DNA of 19,774 nt from Gammaproteobacteria bacterium (GTDB taxonomy: Bacteria > Pseudomonadota > Gammaproteobacteria > GCA-002705445 > GCA-002716945), in assembly GCA_045561295.1 (NCBI GenBank), contig JBJKYD010000017.1:1-19774 (forward strand), read 5' to 3'. The notes beneath the pieces were generated by a model that was given only the letters and a program-made list of their open reading frames with translations, was not told where the DNA came from and ran no database searches. Both the position numbers and the translations under genes were made by a program. Shown one piece after another: positions 8,401-19,773 of this stretch. Numbering within the stretch: position 1 is the first letter of the stretch; every line of letters starts with the position of its first letter.

Positions 8401-9716
8401 CATCTGGAATGGATGGAACGGTTATTGATGTAAGAGTCTTTACAAGAGAAGGAATAGATAAAGATAAAAGAGCCAAAGAAATAGAGGAGTATCAAATCGA
8501 GGAAGTTAAAAAGAACTTAGTAGATGAATTAAGAATTAACCAAGAGACTGTTTATATTCGAGCTAGAAAACTTCTGTTGAATAAAATGATAGCAAAACCA
8601 GTTTTAGATTTGAAAACAGAAACTAAACTTACTAGTTCTGTCCTAGAGTCTATTTCTGATCAGGACCTTTTTAAAATTCAGAGTAAAGTTGAAAAAACAA
8701 ATATCAGTCTAGCTAATCTGGCAAATAGTTTAGATGATCTTCAATCAAAATATAACCAGGATTTAGAGGATATTACAAAAAAAATCACTATGCCAGATGA
8801 TCTAGGACCAGGGGTACAGAAGAAAATTAAAGTGTATCTAGCGGTAAAAAGGACCCTTCAACCTGGTGATAAAATGGCAGGGCGACATGGTAACAAAGGT
8901 GTCATTTCACAGATTGTCCCTGTGGAAGATATGCCTCATAGGGAAGATGGAACACCAGTTGATATAGTTCTAAATCCATTAGGTGTGCCTTCAAGGATGA
9001 ATGTAGGACAAGTTTTAGAAACACACTTGGGATGGGCTGCACGCGGCATTGGAGATAAGATAAATGAAATGCTTCGAGAACAACAAGAAGTAAAAAAATT
9101 AAAACAATTTATTACTAAAATTTATAAAGAATGTCCTGGATTTACCAAATACTCTATAGATAAGTTTTCTGATTCAGAAATTATTACCCTAGCTAATAAT
9201 CTGAGAAATGGCGTCCCAATGGCAACACCTGTATTTGATGGAGCATCAGAAGAAGAAATTAAAAAAATGTTAGAGCTAGCTGACCTGCCAACAAGCGGTC
9301 AATCCATTCTCTATGATGGAAGAACTGGAGAACAATTTGAACGTCCCGTAACCATTGGATATATGTATATCATCAAATTAAATCATTTAGTTGATGATAA
9401 AATGCATGCTAGATCAACAGGACCATATAGTTTAGTTACCCAGCAACCACTGGGCGGTAAAGCCCAATTCGGTGGACAGAGATTCGGTGAAATGGAGGTC
9501 TGGGCTTTACAAGCTTATGGAGCAACAAATGTTTTACAAGAAGTGTTGACAGTTAAATCTGATGATATTGCAGGAAGGAACAAAGTTTATAAAAATATTG
9601 TTGACGGAGATTACTCAACGGATGCTCATGTTCCAGAATCTTTTAATGTATTATTAAAAGAGATAAGATCACTGAGCATAAATATAGACTTGGATTCTGA
9701 AAATAAAACAAATTAG
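5490..9716 (+). CDS. rpoB: DNA-directed RNA polymerase subunit beta
   Basis: [13 protein letters not shown] start matches the proteobacterial N-terminus (ATG 5490 preferred over TTG 5484; SD AAGGA 5475-5479); [33 protein letters not shown]. Confidence 0.99.
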   Translation: MTYSYTEKKRIRKSFGKTSDVIKAPNLIDLQINSYNEFLGIIENNFNLKESGLNKVFESVFPIYDYSNNCKLEYSSFKLDKPEFTEEECRISSKTYSVPIKVNFKLYTNIDEKNSEKVEIFENEEVFLGELPIMTKYGTFIVNGTERVVVSQLHRSPGVFFDHDRGRTHSSGKLLFSARVIPYRGSWLDFEFDQKDIIFARIDRRRKIPSTIILRALGYSTQEIINQFYELNKITIKDGNIFIDQRLEDLKGSIASFDIYHNKKLIVAKGKRITVRQIELAKKSKMKSYQVPDDFLLGKRIADDVLIKLKGSDIKVDMISSEQIVDPETGELVCEANQKIDKTMKEKLAEVKKVSVNILSCNQEIDVDTIALIHELNISSFSILHTNDLDKGSFICNTLDVDPTNDQNSALIEIYRMMRPGEPPTADASSTLFTNLFQSTERYDLSDVGRMKFNSRVGREKMEGDTTLSNDDILDVLKTLINIRNGSDTVDDIDHLGNRRVKCVGEMVENVFRVGLVRVEKAVKERMTTMELSEKLQPKDIVNSKPITATLKEFFGTSQLSQFMDQNNPLAEITHKRRISALGPGGLTRERAGFEVRDVHPTHYGRVCPIETPEGPNIGLINSLATYSRTNSYGFLETPYRVVTKNKVKGEIKWLSAIEESKYTIAQANTPLDAKGNIQGDLISCRFNNEFTISSPDKVDLMDVSPRQVVSVAAALIPFLEHDDANRALMGSNMQRQAVPLLIPDKPLVGTGMEKTVAVDSGASVKVKRDGIVDYVDASRIIVNVDEKDFGDDTDTGVDIYPLTKYTRTNQNTCINQRPLVKPGDKVVAGDAIADGPSTDLGELALGQNLLIAFMPWNGYNYEDSILVSEKVVREDRFTSIHIEELECVARDTKLGSEEITSDIPNVSENLLNKLDTSGIVYVGAEVKSGDILVGKVTPKGETQLTPEEKLLRAIFGEKASDVKDSSLKVPSGMDGTVIDVRVFTREGIDKDKRAKEIEEYQIEEVKKNLVDELRINQETVYIRARKLLLNKMIAKPVLDLKTETKLTSSVLESISDQDLFKIQSKVEKTNISLANLANSLDDLQSKYNQDLEDITKKITMPDDLGPGVQKKIKVYLAVKRTLQPGDKMAGRHGNKGVISQIVPVEDMPHREDGTPVDIVLNPLGVPSRMNVGQVLETHLGWAARGIGDKINEMLREQQEVKKLKQFITKIYKECPGFTKYSIDKFSDSEIITLANNLRNGVPMATPVFDGASEEEIKKMLELADLPTSGQSILYDGRTGEQFERPVTIGYMYIIKLNHLVDDKMHARSTGPYSLVTQQPLGGKAQFGGQRFGEMEVWALQAYGATNVLQEVLTVKSDDIAGRNKVYKNIVDGDYSTDAHVPESFNVLLKEIRSLSINIDLDSENKTN

Positions 9717-9724
9717 GAAATATT

Positions 9725-12700
9725 ATGCAAGAAATACTAAATATGTTTAAAAAAAATAATAACGATAAGAAATTCGATCACATTAAAATCTCTCTAGCAT
9801 CACCAGATTTAATGAGATCATGGTCTTATGGAGAAGTCAAAAAACCAGAAACAATTAACTATAGAACATTTAAGCCTGAAAGGGATGGTCTTTTTTGCGC
9901 CAAGATATTTGGACCAGTTAAAGATTACGAGTGTTTATGTGGTAAATACAAAAGACTTAAACATAGAGGTGTAGTATGTGAAAAGTGTGGTGTTGAAGTA
10001 ACTTTATCGAAAGTAAGAAGAGAAAGAATGGGTCATATAGAACTTGCTGCACCTGTTGCTCATATATGGTTCTTGAGATCACTTCCATCAAGAATTGGAT
10101 TGATGATGGATATGACGTTGAGACAGATAGAAAAAGTTTTATATTTTGAAGCATTTATAGTTATAGATGGTGGCCTAACACCTTATGAAACAGGAAGTCT
10201 TCTAAACGAAGAAATGTATAATCAAGCCATTGAAGAATATGGTAATGAAATTAAAGTTGGAATGGGCGCTGAAGCAATAAAAGAATTATTAAAAGAAATA
10301 GATTTAGAAAAGACATACGAAGAATTAAGCGAAGAAATAAAAATAACTAAATCGCAAGCAAAAAATAAGAGGAATATTAAACGCTTAAAATTAATAGAAT
10401 CATTCATAAATTCTGGTAACAAGCCTGAATGGATGATACTGGATGTTCTTCCAATATTGCCACCTGATTTGAGGCCATTAGTTCCACTAGAGGGTGGTAG
10501 ATTTGCCACATCAGATTTGAATGATTTGTATAGACGAGTTATCAATAGAAACAACAGACTAAAAAGATTACTCGAATTAAAAGCTCCTGATATTATTGTT
10601 AGGAACGAAAAAAGAATGCTTCAAGAATCAGTAGACGCCCTTCTTGATAATGGTAGAAGAGGAAGAGCTATTACTGGAACAAATAAAAGACCTTTAAAAT
10701 CATTAGCAGATATGATCAAAGGGAAAGGAGGAAGATTTAGACAAAATCTTCTTGGTAAAAGGGTAGATTATTCTGGTAGGTCAGTCATTGTTGTTGGCCC
10801 AACACTCCGTTTACACCAATGTGGATTACCAAAAAAAATGGCATTAGAATTATTCAAGCCTCATATATTTGGAAAGCTTCAAGCTAGAGGTATTACAACT
10901 ACAATAAAATCTGCAAAAAAAGTTGTAGAGAAAGAGGGTGAAGAAGTTTGGGATATTCTCGAAGAAATTATTAAAGAGTATCCTGTGATGCTAAATAGAG
11001 CTCCAACATTACATAGACTGGGCATCCAAGCATTTGAACCAGTCTTGATTGAAGGTAAAGCTATACAATTACATCCGCTTGTATGCGCAGCATTCAATGC
11101 AGATTTTGATGGTGACCAGATGGCAGTTCACGTACCCTTATCTCAAGAAGCTCAAACAGAGGCAAGAGTCTTAATGATGGCTAGTAATAATATCCTTTCT
11201 CCATCAAATGGTAGCCCTATAATTGTTCCATCACAGGACATGGTCTTAGGAATATATTATATGTCCAGAGAAAAGCCTAATTCTAAGGGCGAGGGAATGA
11301 TTTTTAGTGATATAGAAGAGGTATCAAAAGCTTATCAATCTAAACTTGTTGATATGCATGCAAGAATAAAAGTGAGATTAACGTTGACTGAAATTGAAGA
11401 TGAAAATTTTATTGAAACAACTAAAATTGTAGATACAACCGTTGGAAGAGCTCTGATTTCTGAGATTCTCCCAAATAATATCCCATTTTCATACATTGAT
11501 CAGGATCTGAATAAAAAAGCAATATCAGAGTTGTTTGATATTTCATACAGAATAGCTGGACTTAAAGAAACAGTTTTATTTGCTGATAAAATTAAAAATA
11601 TGGGTTTCAAATACTCTACTATAGCCGGAGTCTCTATTGGTGTAGACGATATGGTTATTCCAAAAGAAAAAACAACAATTACATCCAAAGCTGAGAAGGA
11701 AGTAAAAGAGATTGAAAAACAATACAACTCAGGATTGCTAACTGCGGGCGAACGCTACAATAAAGTTGTGGACATTTGGTCACATACAAATGATCAGGTA
11801 TCACAAGCCATGATGAAACAACTTGGAACTGAGACAACCAAAACAGCGTCAGGGAAGAAAGTTGAGCATAAATCTTTTAACTCCATATATATGATGGCAG
11901 ATTCAGGAGCCAGAGGTTCTGCTGCTCAAATCAGACAACTATCTGGTATGAGGGGTTTAATGGCAAAACCAGATGGCTCTATCATTGAGACTCCTATCAC
12001 TGCTAACTTTAGAGAAGGGCTGGATGTAATGCAATATTTTATATCTACGCACGGTGCTAGGAAAGGACTTGCAGATACTGCTTTAAAAACTGCGAATTCA
12101 GGATATTTAACGAGAAGACTAGTTGATGTCGCTCAAGATTTAGTAGTAACTGAAGATGATTGTGGAACAGAAAATGGAATCCTAATGAAACCTTTAATTG
12201 AAGGTGGCGACATAGTTGAACCACTAAATGAGCGAGTTCTTGGAAGAACTTTATTGAATGATTTAGTTAACCCTAAAACAAATGAAACCATTCTCTCCAA
12301 AGGCACATTACTTGATGAAAAGAATGTTTTACTACTTGAGCAAAATTCTATTGATGAGGTTTGGGTTAGGTCAGCAATTACATGTGACGTAAGACATGGT
12401 ATATGTGCAAAATGTTATGGCAGGGATTTAGCTAAGGGAAGGAAAGTAAGTAAAGGTGAAGCAGTTGGTGTTGTGGCTGCTCAATCTATTGGTGAACCAG
12501 GAACCCAGCTTACCATGAGAACATTTCATATTGGTGGTGCAGCCTCTAGAGCAGTTGCTGCAAATAGCATCGAAGTTAAAAATTCTGGAACAGTCAGATA
12601 TCATAATTTGAAAACTGTAATTAACAGCCAAAAAGAAATTGTAACAGTTTCTAGGTCAGGTGAACTGGGTGTTCTTGATGACAGTGGCAGAGAAAAAGAA

Positions 12701-13933
12701 AGATATAAAATTCCATATGGCGCCATTATTAAATTAGAAGATGCAAAATCTGTAGACAGAGGACAAAATATTGTCACCTGGGATCCTCATACGACTCCGA
12801 TTATCACAGAAACAGCAGGTATAATAGAATTTGAGGATTTCGAAGACGGAATCACAGTTGAAAATATAGTTGATGAACTCACGGGAATCACATCCATTAA
12901 AGTTAAGGATGCGAGCAGTGTTTCATTTGATAAAAACAGAAAACCTATGATTAAATTAGTCGACTCAAAAGGTAAGGATTTACTTATAACAAACTCTAAA
13001 CTACCTGCGCATTTTCTTCTTCCTGCAAATTCAACCGTAAATGTATCGTCTGGAACAAAAGTAGGAGTTGGTGATGTTATCGCTCGTACTCCAAGAGAAA
13101 CATCTGGTACTAGAGATATCACTGGAGGTTTACCAAGAGTTGCAGATTTATTTGAAGCAAGGGAACCAAAAGCAAAAGCTGAACTTGCTGAGAGGACCGG
13201 TGTAGTTTCATTTGGTAAGGAGACTAAAGGTAAAAGAAGGTTAATAATTACTGATTCAGATGGACACGAGCATATACAAATGCTTAGTAAAACAAAATTA
13301 CTAAATGTTTTTGAAGGAGCCAGTGTTACACAGGGCGAAATAATCTCAGATGGTGAATTAGATCCACACGATATTTTAGCCTACAGAGGCGTAACAGATT
13401 TAGCTGAACACTTGGTTAAAGAAGTTCAAGATGTTTATAGACTGCAAGGTGTAGCTATAAATGACAAACATATTGAAGTTATTCTGAGACAAATGTTAAG
13501 GAAAGTTGAGATAACATCAGCGGGTGACACTACATTAATGCCTGGCGAGCAAATGGAAAAAACACAGGTATTAGAATTAATTGACGATCTTAATTCAAAA
13601 AAACCCGATGCCCTTCTTCCAACTTTTAAACCAATGTTATTAGGTATTACAAAAGCATCACTGGTAACTGAGTCCTTTATATCTGCAGCTTCATTTCAAG
13701 AAACTACTCGTGTCTTAACCGATGCAGCAGTGAATGGAAGAAAAGATAGACTAAGAGGTCTTAAAGAAAATGTTGTAGTTGGAAGACTTCTTCCATGTGG
13801 AACCGGCTTAACCTCACAACAAGATGATAATGAATCATTTGAAGAAATGCTAGAAAAAGAAATAGCTAGTGAAATAAATATAATTCCTGATAAATCACCT
13901 GAAAGAACAGCTGAAGATCTTTTTAAAGACTAA
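9725..13933 (+). CDS. rpoC: DNA-directed RNA polymerase subunit beta'
   Basis: Zn ribbon CLC..CEKC, catalytic NADFDGD, bridge helix [14 protein letters not shown], trigger loop TQLTMRTFH followed by the proteobacterial SI3 insertion. Confidence 0.99.
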   Translation: MQEILNMFKKNNNDKKFDHIKISLASPDLMRSWSYGEVKKPETINYRTFKPERDGLFCAKIFGPVKDYECLCGKYKRLKHRGVVCEKCGVEVTLSKVRRERMGHIELAAPVAHIWFLRSLPSRIGLMMDMTLRQIEKVLYFEAFIVIDGGLTPYETGSLLNEEMYNQAIEEYGNEIKVGMGAEAIKELLKEIDLEKTYEELSEEIKITKSQAKNKRNIKRLKLIESFINSGNKPEWMILDVLPILPPDLRPLVPLEGGRFATSDLNDLYRRVINRNNRLKRLLELKAPDIIVRNEKRMLQESVDALLDNGRRGRAITGTNKRPLKSLADMIKGKGGRFRQNLLGKRVDYSGRSVIVVGPTLRLHQCGLPKKMALELFKPHIFGKLQARGITTTIKSAKKVVEKEGEEVWDILEEIIKEYPVMLNRAPTLHRLGIQAFEPVLIEGKAIQLHPLVCAAFNADFDGDQMAVHVPLSQEAQTEARVLMMASNNILSPSNGSPIIVPSQDMVLGIYYMSREKPNSKGEGMIFSDIEEVSKAYQSKLVDMHARIKVRLTLTEIEDENFIETTKIVDTTVGRALISEILPNNIPFSYIDQDLNKKAISELFDISYRIAGLKETVLFADKIKNMGFKYSTIAGVSIGVDDMVIPKEKTTITSKAEKEVKEIEKQYNSGLLTAGERYNKVVDIWSHTNDQVSQAMMKQLGTETTKTASGKKVEHKSFNSIYMMADSGARGSAAQIRQLSGMRGLMAKPDGSIIETPITANFREGLDVMQYFISTHGARKGLADTALKTANSGYLTRRLVDVAQDLVVTEDDCGTENGILMKPLIEGGDIVEPLNERVLGRTLLNDLVNPKTNETILSKGTLLDEKNVLLLEQNSIDEVWVRSAITCDVRHGICAKCYGRDLAKGRKVSKGEAVGVVAAQSIGEPGTQLTMRTFHIGGAASRAVAANSIEVKNSGTVRYHNLKTVINSQKEIVTVSRSGELGVLDDSGREKERYKIPYGAIIKLEDAKSVDRGQNIVTWDPHTTPIITETAGIIEFEDFEDGITVENIVDELTGITSIKVKDASSVSFDKNRKPMIKLVDSKGKDLLITNSKLPAHFLLPANSTVNVSSGTKVGVGDVIARTPRETSGTRDITGGLPRVADLFEAREPKAKAELAERTGVVSFGKETKGKRRLIITDSDGHEHIQMLSKTKLLNVFEGASVTQGEIISDGELDPHDILAYRGVTDLAEHLVKEVQDVYRLQGVAINDKHIEVILRQMLRKVEITSAGDTTLMPGEQMEKTQVLELIDDLNSKKPDALLPTFKPMLLGITKASLVTESFISAASFQETTRVLTDAAVNGRKDRLRGLKENVVVGRLLPCGTGLTSQQDDNESFEEMLEKEIASEINIIPDKSPERTAEDLFKD

Positions 13934-13967
13934 TATTATGTTTTTTTCTTATATAGCTAATCATTTC

Positions 13968-13996
13968 TTGACACTAACAGGCTCTACTAATAGAAT
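13968..13996 (+). promoter_or_regulatory. Sigma70 promoter of the str operon (rpsL)
   Basis: TTGACA (13968-13973), exactly 17 nt, TAGAAT (13991-13996); T-rich UP-like region upstream; SD GAGGA at 14011-14015. Confidence 0.85.
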
Positions 13997-14019
13997 TTCG
14001 CCTACTTATAGAGGAAATA

Positions 14020-14394
14020 ATGGCTACAATTAACCAACTAGTTAGAAAACCAAGAAAGACAAAGATTGTTAAGTCTGCAGTCCCCGCTTTGGAGGCTTGT
14101 CCACAGAGACGTGGAGTATGCACGCGTGTATATACTACAACACCAAAGAAACCAAACTCAGCACTTAGAAAAGTTGCAAGAGTAAGACTAACGAATGGAC
14201 AAGAAGTCACATCATATATAGGTGGTGAAGGACATAATTTACAAGAGCATTCTGTGGTAGTCATTCGTGGCGGAAGAGTTAAAGACTTACCTGGTGTAAG
14301 ATATCACATAGTTAGAGGCAGTCTTGATACGCAAGGGGTAGAAAATAGAAAGCAGGGTCGATCAAAATATGGAACAAAAAAACCCAAGAGTTAG
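14020..14394 (+). CDS. rpsL: 30S ribosomal protein S12
   Basis: [30 protein letters not shown]. Confidence 0.99.
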   Translation: MATINQLVRKPRKTKIVKSAVPALEACPQRRGVCTRVYTTTPKKPNSALRKVARVRLTNGQEVTSYIGGEGHNLQEHSVVVIRGGRVKDLPGVRYHIVRGSLDTQGVENRKQGRSKYGTKKPKS

Positions 14395-14396
14395 AG

Positions 14397-14867
14397 ATGC
14401 CTAGAAAAAGAGATATACCTAAAAAGAAAATAATACCCGATCCAATCTATAAGAGTACAAATGTTACTCGCTTAACTAACATGATTATGCAGGATGGAAA
14501 AAAAAGGACTGCTGAAAAAATTGTTTATAACGCATTATCAATTTCATCTAAAAAAACAAAAGAAGAACCTCTTACAGCTCTAGAAAAAGCGCTTCAAAAT
14601 GTTGGACCTAGCGTTGAAGTTAAATCAAGAAGAGTAGGTGGGTCTAACTATCAAGTTCCAATAGAAGTAAACTCAAAAAGAAAAACATCACTAGCTATGA
14701 AATGGATTATTGAAGCTGCAAGTAAGAGGAATGAAAAATCAATGAAAGAAAAGTTAGCATCTGAAATAGCTGATGCCATTTCTAACAAAGGGTCAGCTGT
14801 TAAAAAGAGAGAAGATACTCATAAAATGGCTGAAGCTAATAAAGCATTCGCTCATTACAGGTGGTAA
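14397..14867 (+). CDS. rpsG: 30S ribosomal protein S7
   Basis: [30 protein letters not shown]. Confidence 0.99.
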   Translation: MPRKRDIPKKKIIPDPIYKSTNVTRLTNMIMQDGKKRTAEKIVYNALSISSKKTKEEPLTALEKALQNVGPSVEVKSRRVGGSNYQVPIEVNSKRKTSLAMKWIIEAASKRNEKSMKEKLASEIADAISNKGSAVKKREDTHKMAEANKAFAHYRW

Positions 14868-14870
14868 CAG

Positions 14871-16970
14871 ATGGCTAGAGAAACAGATTTATCGCGTTAT
14901 AGAAACATAGGAATAATGGCTCATATCGATGCTGGTAAAACAACTACCACAGAAAGAATTTTATACTATACGGGAGTATCACACAAAATAGGGGAAGTTC
15001 ATGATGGTGCAGCTACAATGGACTGGATGGAGCAAGAGCAAGAAAGAGGCATAACCATCACTTCGGCTGCAACAACTTGTTTCTGGAGTGGTAGTACAGA
15101 ACAGTATGATCAACATCGAGTTAATATTATAGACACACCTGGTCATGTTGACTTTACAATTGAAGTTGAAAGGTCATTAAGAGTATTAGATGGCGCAGTA
15201 TCAGTATTTTGTGCTGTAGGGGGAGTAGAGCCACAATCGGAGACTGTATGGAGACAAGCCAATAAATATAGTGTGCCTAGAATGGCATTCGTAAACAAAA
15301 TGGATAGAGCCGGTGCAGATTTCTTTAGAGTGGTTGATCAGATTAAAACAAGATTAGGTTCTAATCCAGTACCTATACAAGTACCCATAGGGTCTGAGGA
15401 TAATTTTAAAGGTGTAGTTAATCTAATTGACATGAAGGCAATAATTTGGGATGAAGAAAGCAGAGGAATGAAATTTGATGAGGTCGATATTCCTGATGAG
15501 CTCAAATCTAAAGTTGATGAACTGCGTGAACAAGTAGTTGAAACAGCTGCAGAGGCTAATGAAGAGTTAATGGATACATATCTGAATAATGGTGAACTAA
15601 CGAGAGAGCAGATTGTTCAAGGCTTAAGATTACAAACTTTATCCAACGAAATCGTATTAGTTACGTGTGGTACTGCATTTAAAAATAAAGGTGTTCAAGC
15701 TATGCTAGATGCTGTTATTGATTTTATGCCGTCTCCATTAGATGTTCCTGCAATCAAAGGAATACTAGATGATAAAGACGAAACAGAAGGAAAAAGAGAG
15801 TCATCTGATGATGAACCATTTTCTGCCTTAGCATTTAAAATCGCAACAGATCCTTTTGTTGGCACACTTGCATTCTTTAGGGTATATTCTGGTGTTCTTA
15901 AATCTGGTGACACTGTATATAACGCCGTCACACAGAAAAAAGAGCGTATTGGAAGAATATTACAAATGCATTCTAACTCACGAGATGAGATTAAAGAAGT
16001 TAGGGCTGGAGATATTGCAGCTGCAGTTGGTTTGAAACAAGTCACAACTGGCGATACATTGTGTGATCCATCTTCTGTTATCACTCTTGAACGAATGGAG
16101 TTTCCAGAACCTGTAATATCTATTGCAGTTGAACCTAAGACTAAAGATGATCAGGAGAAAATGGGGCTTGCTTTGAGTAAGTTAGCCCAAGAGGATCCAT
16201 CATTTAAGGTTGCTACAGATCAAGAGTCAAACCAAACAATCATATCTGGAATGGGCGAGCTTCACCTAGATATTATTGTAGATAGAATGAAGAGAGAGTT
16301 TAATGTAGAGGCAACAATAGGTAAGCCGCAAGTTGCGTACAGAGAAACTATTAGAGCTACTGTTGAGCAAGAAGCTAAATACATAAAACAGAGTGGCGGT
16401 AAAGGACAGTACGGACATGTTTGGCTGAAGATTGAGCCGCAAGAAGCTGGAAAAGGTTACGAATTTGTCAATGAAATAGTAGGTGGGGCAATCCCAAGAG
16501 AATTCATAGGACCTGTTGATAAGGGAGTAATAGAACAAATGGAAAACGGAGTAATAGGTGGTTATCCTGTTGTTGATGTTAAAGTAACACTTTATGATGG
16601 ATCATTCCATGATGTTGATTCTAGTGAAGTCGCGTTTAAGGTTGCCGGTTCTCAAGCATTCAAGGAAGGTGCAAAAAAAGCTAAACCCGTTTTATTAGAA
16701 CCTGTAATGAAGGTTGAAGCAGTCACGCCTGGGGATTATCTAGGCGACGTGACAGGTGACTTAAACAGGAGAAGAGGAATCATACAAGGAATGGAAGAAA
16801 CAGTTGTAGGAAATATCATTAAAGCTGAAGTACCTCTTTCTGAGATGTTTGGTTATGCTACAGATTTAAGATCTATGTCCCAAGGTAGAGCAACATATAC
16901 GATGGAGTTTCAAAAATATGCAGAGATACCAAGTAATATTGCTGAAGAATTAATACAAAAGGCATCATAA
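14871..16970 (+). CDS. fusA: Elongation factor G
   Basis: [38 protein letters not shown]; 699 aa. Confidence 0.99.
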   Translation: MARETDLSRYRNIGIMAHIDAGKTTTTERILYYTGVSHKIGEVHDGAATMDWMEQEQERGITITSAATTCFWSGSTEQYDQHRVNIIDTPGHVDFTIEVERSLRVLDGAVSVFCAVGGVEPQSETVWRQANKYSVPRMAFVNKMDRAGADFFRVVDQIKTRLGSNPVPIQVPIGSEDNFKGVVNLIDMKAIIWDEESRGMKFDEVDIPDELKSKVDELREQVVETAAEANEELMDTYLNNGELTREQIVQGLRLQTLSNEIVLVTCGTAFKNKGVQAMLDAVIDFMPSPLDVPAIKGILDDKDETEGKRESSDDEPFSALAFKIATDPFVGTLAFFRVYSGVLKSGDTVYNAVTQKKERIGRILQMHSNSRDEIKEVRAGDIAAAVGLKQVTTGDTLCDPSSVITLERMEFPEPVISIAVEPKTKDDQEKMGLALSKLAQEDPSFKVATDQESNQTIISGMGELHLDIIVDRMKREFNVEATIGKPQVAYRETIRATVEQEAKYIKQSGGKGQYGHVWLKIEPQEAGKGYEFVNEIVGGAIPREFIGPVDKGVIEQMENGVIGGYPVVDVKVTLYDGSFHDVDSSEVAFKVAGSQAFKEGAKKAKPVLLEPVMKVEAVTPGDYLGDVTGDLNRRRGIIQGMEETVVGNIIKAEVPLSEMFGYATDLRSMSQGRATYTMEFQKYAEIPSNIAEELIQKAS

Positions 16971-16972
16971 AA

Positions 16973-17302
16973 ATGGTTGTTAAAAAGAAAAAAAATACTC
17001 AAAACATTAGAATTCGTTTAAAAACATTTGATCATAAGCTTATTGACATTTCATCAAAAGAAATACTTGAAACTGCAAAAAGGACAGGAGCTAGGGTAAT
17101 AGGTCCAATACCATTACCAACGAAGATAGAAAGATATACGGTTTTAGTTTCGCCTCATGTCGATAAAGATGCCCGTGACCAGTATGAAATACGTACCCAT
17201 AAAAGGCTTATGGATATCATAGAGCCAACAGATAAAACTGTTGACGCCTTGATGAAGCTTGATCTTGCAGCAGGCGTAGATGTGCAAATAGAATTAAGCT
17301 AA
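16973..17302 (+). CDS. rpsJ: 30S ribosomal protein S10
   Basis: [36 protein letters not shown]. Confidence 0.99.
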   Translation: MVVKKKKNTQNIRIRLKTFDHKLIDISSKEILETAKRTGARVIGPIPLPTKIERYTVLVSPHVDKDARDQYEIRTHKRLMDIIEPTDKTVDALMKLDLAAGVDVQIELS

Positions 17303-17337
17303 CTTTAACCTAAAATATCTCTAAAAAAGTGTAACAA

Positions 17338-17400
17338 TACTGAATTTTATGTTAAGATTCAGCACCTTATTTTACTGAATTAACTAACTTTTTTCATTTT
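17338..17400 (+). promoter_or_regulatory. Candidate regulatory element upstream of rplC (hairpin, extended -10, T-tract)
   Basis: CTGAATTTTA (17340-17349)/TAAGATTCAG (17353-17362) stem; TGtTAAGAT extended -10-like (17350-17358); direct repeat TACTGAATT at 17338 and 17373. Confidence 0.35.
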
Positions 17401-17412
17401 GAGGACAAGAAA

Positions 17413-18183
17413 ATGAGCATAGGCCTAGTAGGTATTAAAACTGGCATGACAAGGGTCTTTGACGACTCAGGTGTGTCGATACCTGTAACTGTCATTAATA
17501 TTGATTCAAATCGTATATCTCAAATCAAGACAAAAGAACGTGATGGCTATTCAGCTGTTCAGGTTGCATATGGCAGTCAAAAAGAAAGCCGACTCAGCAA
17601 AGCATTAATAGGTCATTATAAAAAATCAAATATCAATCTTGCAAGGGGCCAACATGAGTTCAGGGTAGAAGATTTAAGTGATGAAATCTCTGTTGGAACA
17701 GATATAAAAGTAGACAGCTTCAAAGCTGGTGAGCATGTTGACATAAGTGGTAAAACATTAGGCAAAGGTTTTCAAGGTGGTGTTAAACGACATCATTTTA
17801 CAATGCAGGATGCGACTCATGGAAACTCTATATCACACAGGGCTATTGGCTCCACAGGCCAATGTCAAGATCCAGGTCGCGTATTTAAGGGTAAGAAAAT
17901 GCCAGGTCAGTTAGGTAATGTTCAAAGAACGATTCAGAATTTAATAATAGTTAAGGTTATGCCAGAAGAAAATATTATGCTAGTCAAAGGATCTGTTCCT
18001 GGACATAAAGGCAGTGTCTTAATAATCAAACCCACACAGAAAAAATATGTACCCAAAGAAATTTATGAAGAAAAGGTTTTAGAAAAAGCACAAACTAGCT
18101 CAAAAAAAGATACGTCTGCTTCAAAAGAAGTTTCAGATAACATTGAAAAAGAAGAGACAAAGGAAAAGGGTGGTAAAGAATAA
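17413..18183 (+). CDS. rplC: 50S ribosomal protein L3 with C-terminal extension
   Basis: GIKTGMTRVF, GKGFQGGVKRH, GQCQDPGRVFKGKKMPG; 256 aa. Confidence 0.99.
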   Translation: MSIGLVGIKTGMTRVFDDSGVSIPVTVINIDSNRISQIKTKERDGYSAVQVAYGSQKESRLSKALIGHYKKSNINLARGQHEFRVEDLSDEISVGTDIKVDSFKAGEHVDISGKTLGKGFQGGVKRHHFTMQDATHGNSISHRAIGSTGQCQDPGRVFKGKKMPGQLGNVQRTIQNLIIVKVMPEENIMLVKGSVPGHKGSVLIIKPTQKKYVPKEIYEEKVLEKAQTSSKKDTSASKEVSDNIEKEETKEKGGKE

Positions 18184-18761
18184 TGAGTTCTGAACTAGCA
18201 AAAATTTTCACAAAAGAATTTAATGAAGCACTAGTACACCAAATTACAACCGACTTCATGGCTAATCAAAGAAGTGGAACAAAAGCACAAAAAAATAGGT
18301 CAGCTGTAAGTGGTGGCGGAGCTAAACCAAGGCCACAAAAAGGTTCTGGACGAGCGAGAGCAGGAACAACAAGAAGTCCGATATGGAGAACGGGTGGGGT
18401 GACTTTTGCTTCACAGCCAAAAACCTATAATAAAAAAATCAACAAAAAAATGTATAAAGGCGCCTTAAACTGTATATTCAATGAATTACTAAAAAGAGAA
18501 AGGCTACACTTGACAGATAAATTAAAATTATCTGATAAAAAAACGAAACTTGGAAAAGCTCTACTTGATTCTTTGAAAATAACAAATGCGTTATTTATAA
18601 CATCTGTCGAGAATGAAAATGCATTCTTTGCTTTGAGAAATATTAAGAATATTACTGTAATAGATTATAAAGATATTAACCCTCATATATTAATGAAGCA
18701 TGATAATGTCGTTATTGATAATGACGTTCTCGACCATATTAAGAAGGCAACAACGCTATGA
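18183..18761 (+). CDS. rplD: 50S ribosomal protein L4
   Basis: [39 protein letters not shown]. Confidence 0.98.
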   Translation: [192 protein letters not shown]

Positions 18762-19063
18762 ACTCTGTAAGGTTAGCTAATATTATTGTAAGCCCAAGAG
18801 TTTCTGAAAAAGCAACTATGAGAGCTGACCTGGAAAATCAGCATGTTTTTTCTGTACTGAAAGATGCTACAAAACCCGAAATTAAGAAAGCTGTTGAACT
18901 TATGTTTGATGTAAAAGTTAAAAGTGTAAGGTTGATGAATGTTCAGGGTAAGCTCACCAGGGTAGGAAGAACATTTGGTAAGAGAAAAGATTGGAAAAAA
19001 GCTTATGTTAGGCTTCATGAAGGTTTTGATATCAATTACGGCGAAGAAGAGGTTACTAAATGA
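18758..19063 (+). CDS. rplW: 50S ribosomal protein L23
   Basis: [26 protein letters not shown]. Confidence 0.99.
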
Positions 19064-19557
19064 CAATTATAAAATCAAAACCAACCTCACCAGGAAGAAG
19101 ATTTAGAGTTAAAATCTCTAATAAAGACCTATATAAAGGCCAACCTCATGAGCCCTTACTAGCAAAACTAAATAAAAGCGGTGGGCGTAATAATCAAGGC
19201 AGAATTACTACAAGGCATATCGGTGGCGGTCACAAAAAAAGATATCGAATAATAGATTTTAAAAGAAACAAAGATAATATTCCTGCAACTGTTGAGAGAC
19301 TTGAATATGACCCAAATCGAAATGCTAATATCGCACTACTATTGTACGCAGACGGAGAGAGAAGATACATTATTGCTCCAAAAAATTTAAAATCAGGCGA
19401 TCAAATTATGTCTGGCGATCAATCCTCCATTAATGTAGGTAACACGCTTCCATTAATCAATATTCCAGTAGGTACTCAAGTTCATTGCATAGAAATGAAA
19501 CCCGGAAAAGGCGCACAAATTGCAAGAAGTGCGGGAACCGTAGCTCAAATAGTTGCC
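19060..19557 (+). CDS. rplB: 50S ribosomal protein L2, N-terminal 166 codons only (truncated at a junction)
   Basis: [46 protein letters not shown]. Homology ends after QIVA; stop at 19567-19569 comes from foreign sequence. Full L2 is about 270-275 aa. Confidence 0.97.
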
Positions 19558-19773
19558 ATCCATAAATGATGCTGTTAACAGCTGTCCATCTGAATCATAA
19601 ACTGATTGTTCAAGCAGCACCTGACCTGCACCCTGGGCTATCCCGCCTTTAATTTGGCCATCTACAATCATGGGATTTATCATTTTGCCGGTATCATCAA
19701 CACTCCCGTATCTGGTCAGGAAAACGCTTCCAGTTTCAGGATCAATTTCCACCTCGGCAATATGACATCCGTT
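19558..19773 (-). CDS. Fragment of a xanthine dehydrogenase / aerobic CO dehydrogenase family molybdopterin-binding large subunit (near C-terminus), partial at both ends
   Basis: Minus frame reads [15 protein letters not shown]...[45 protein letters not shown], the conserved Mo-co binding C-terminal region of CoxL/XdhB-like proteins. Confidence 0.9.

Noticed and set aside
14140-14295. Streptomycin-resistance positions in S12
   Set aside because: K42 and K87 equivalents are wild type.
1789-19066. Numerous 65-129 aa antisense or out-of-frame ORFs inside tuf, nusG, rplL, rpoB, rpoC, rpsL, fusA and rplW
   Set aside because: Shadow ORFs of conserved genes, with no motifs or independent signals.
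19453-19752. 99-aa minus ORF as a complete gene
   Set aside because: The frame is open beyond the GTG to the window end, and the last ~34 codons are antisense rplB past the junction.
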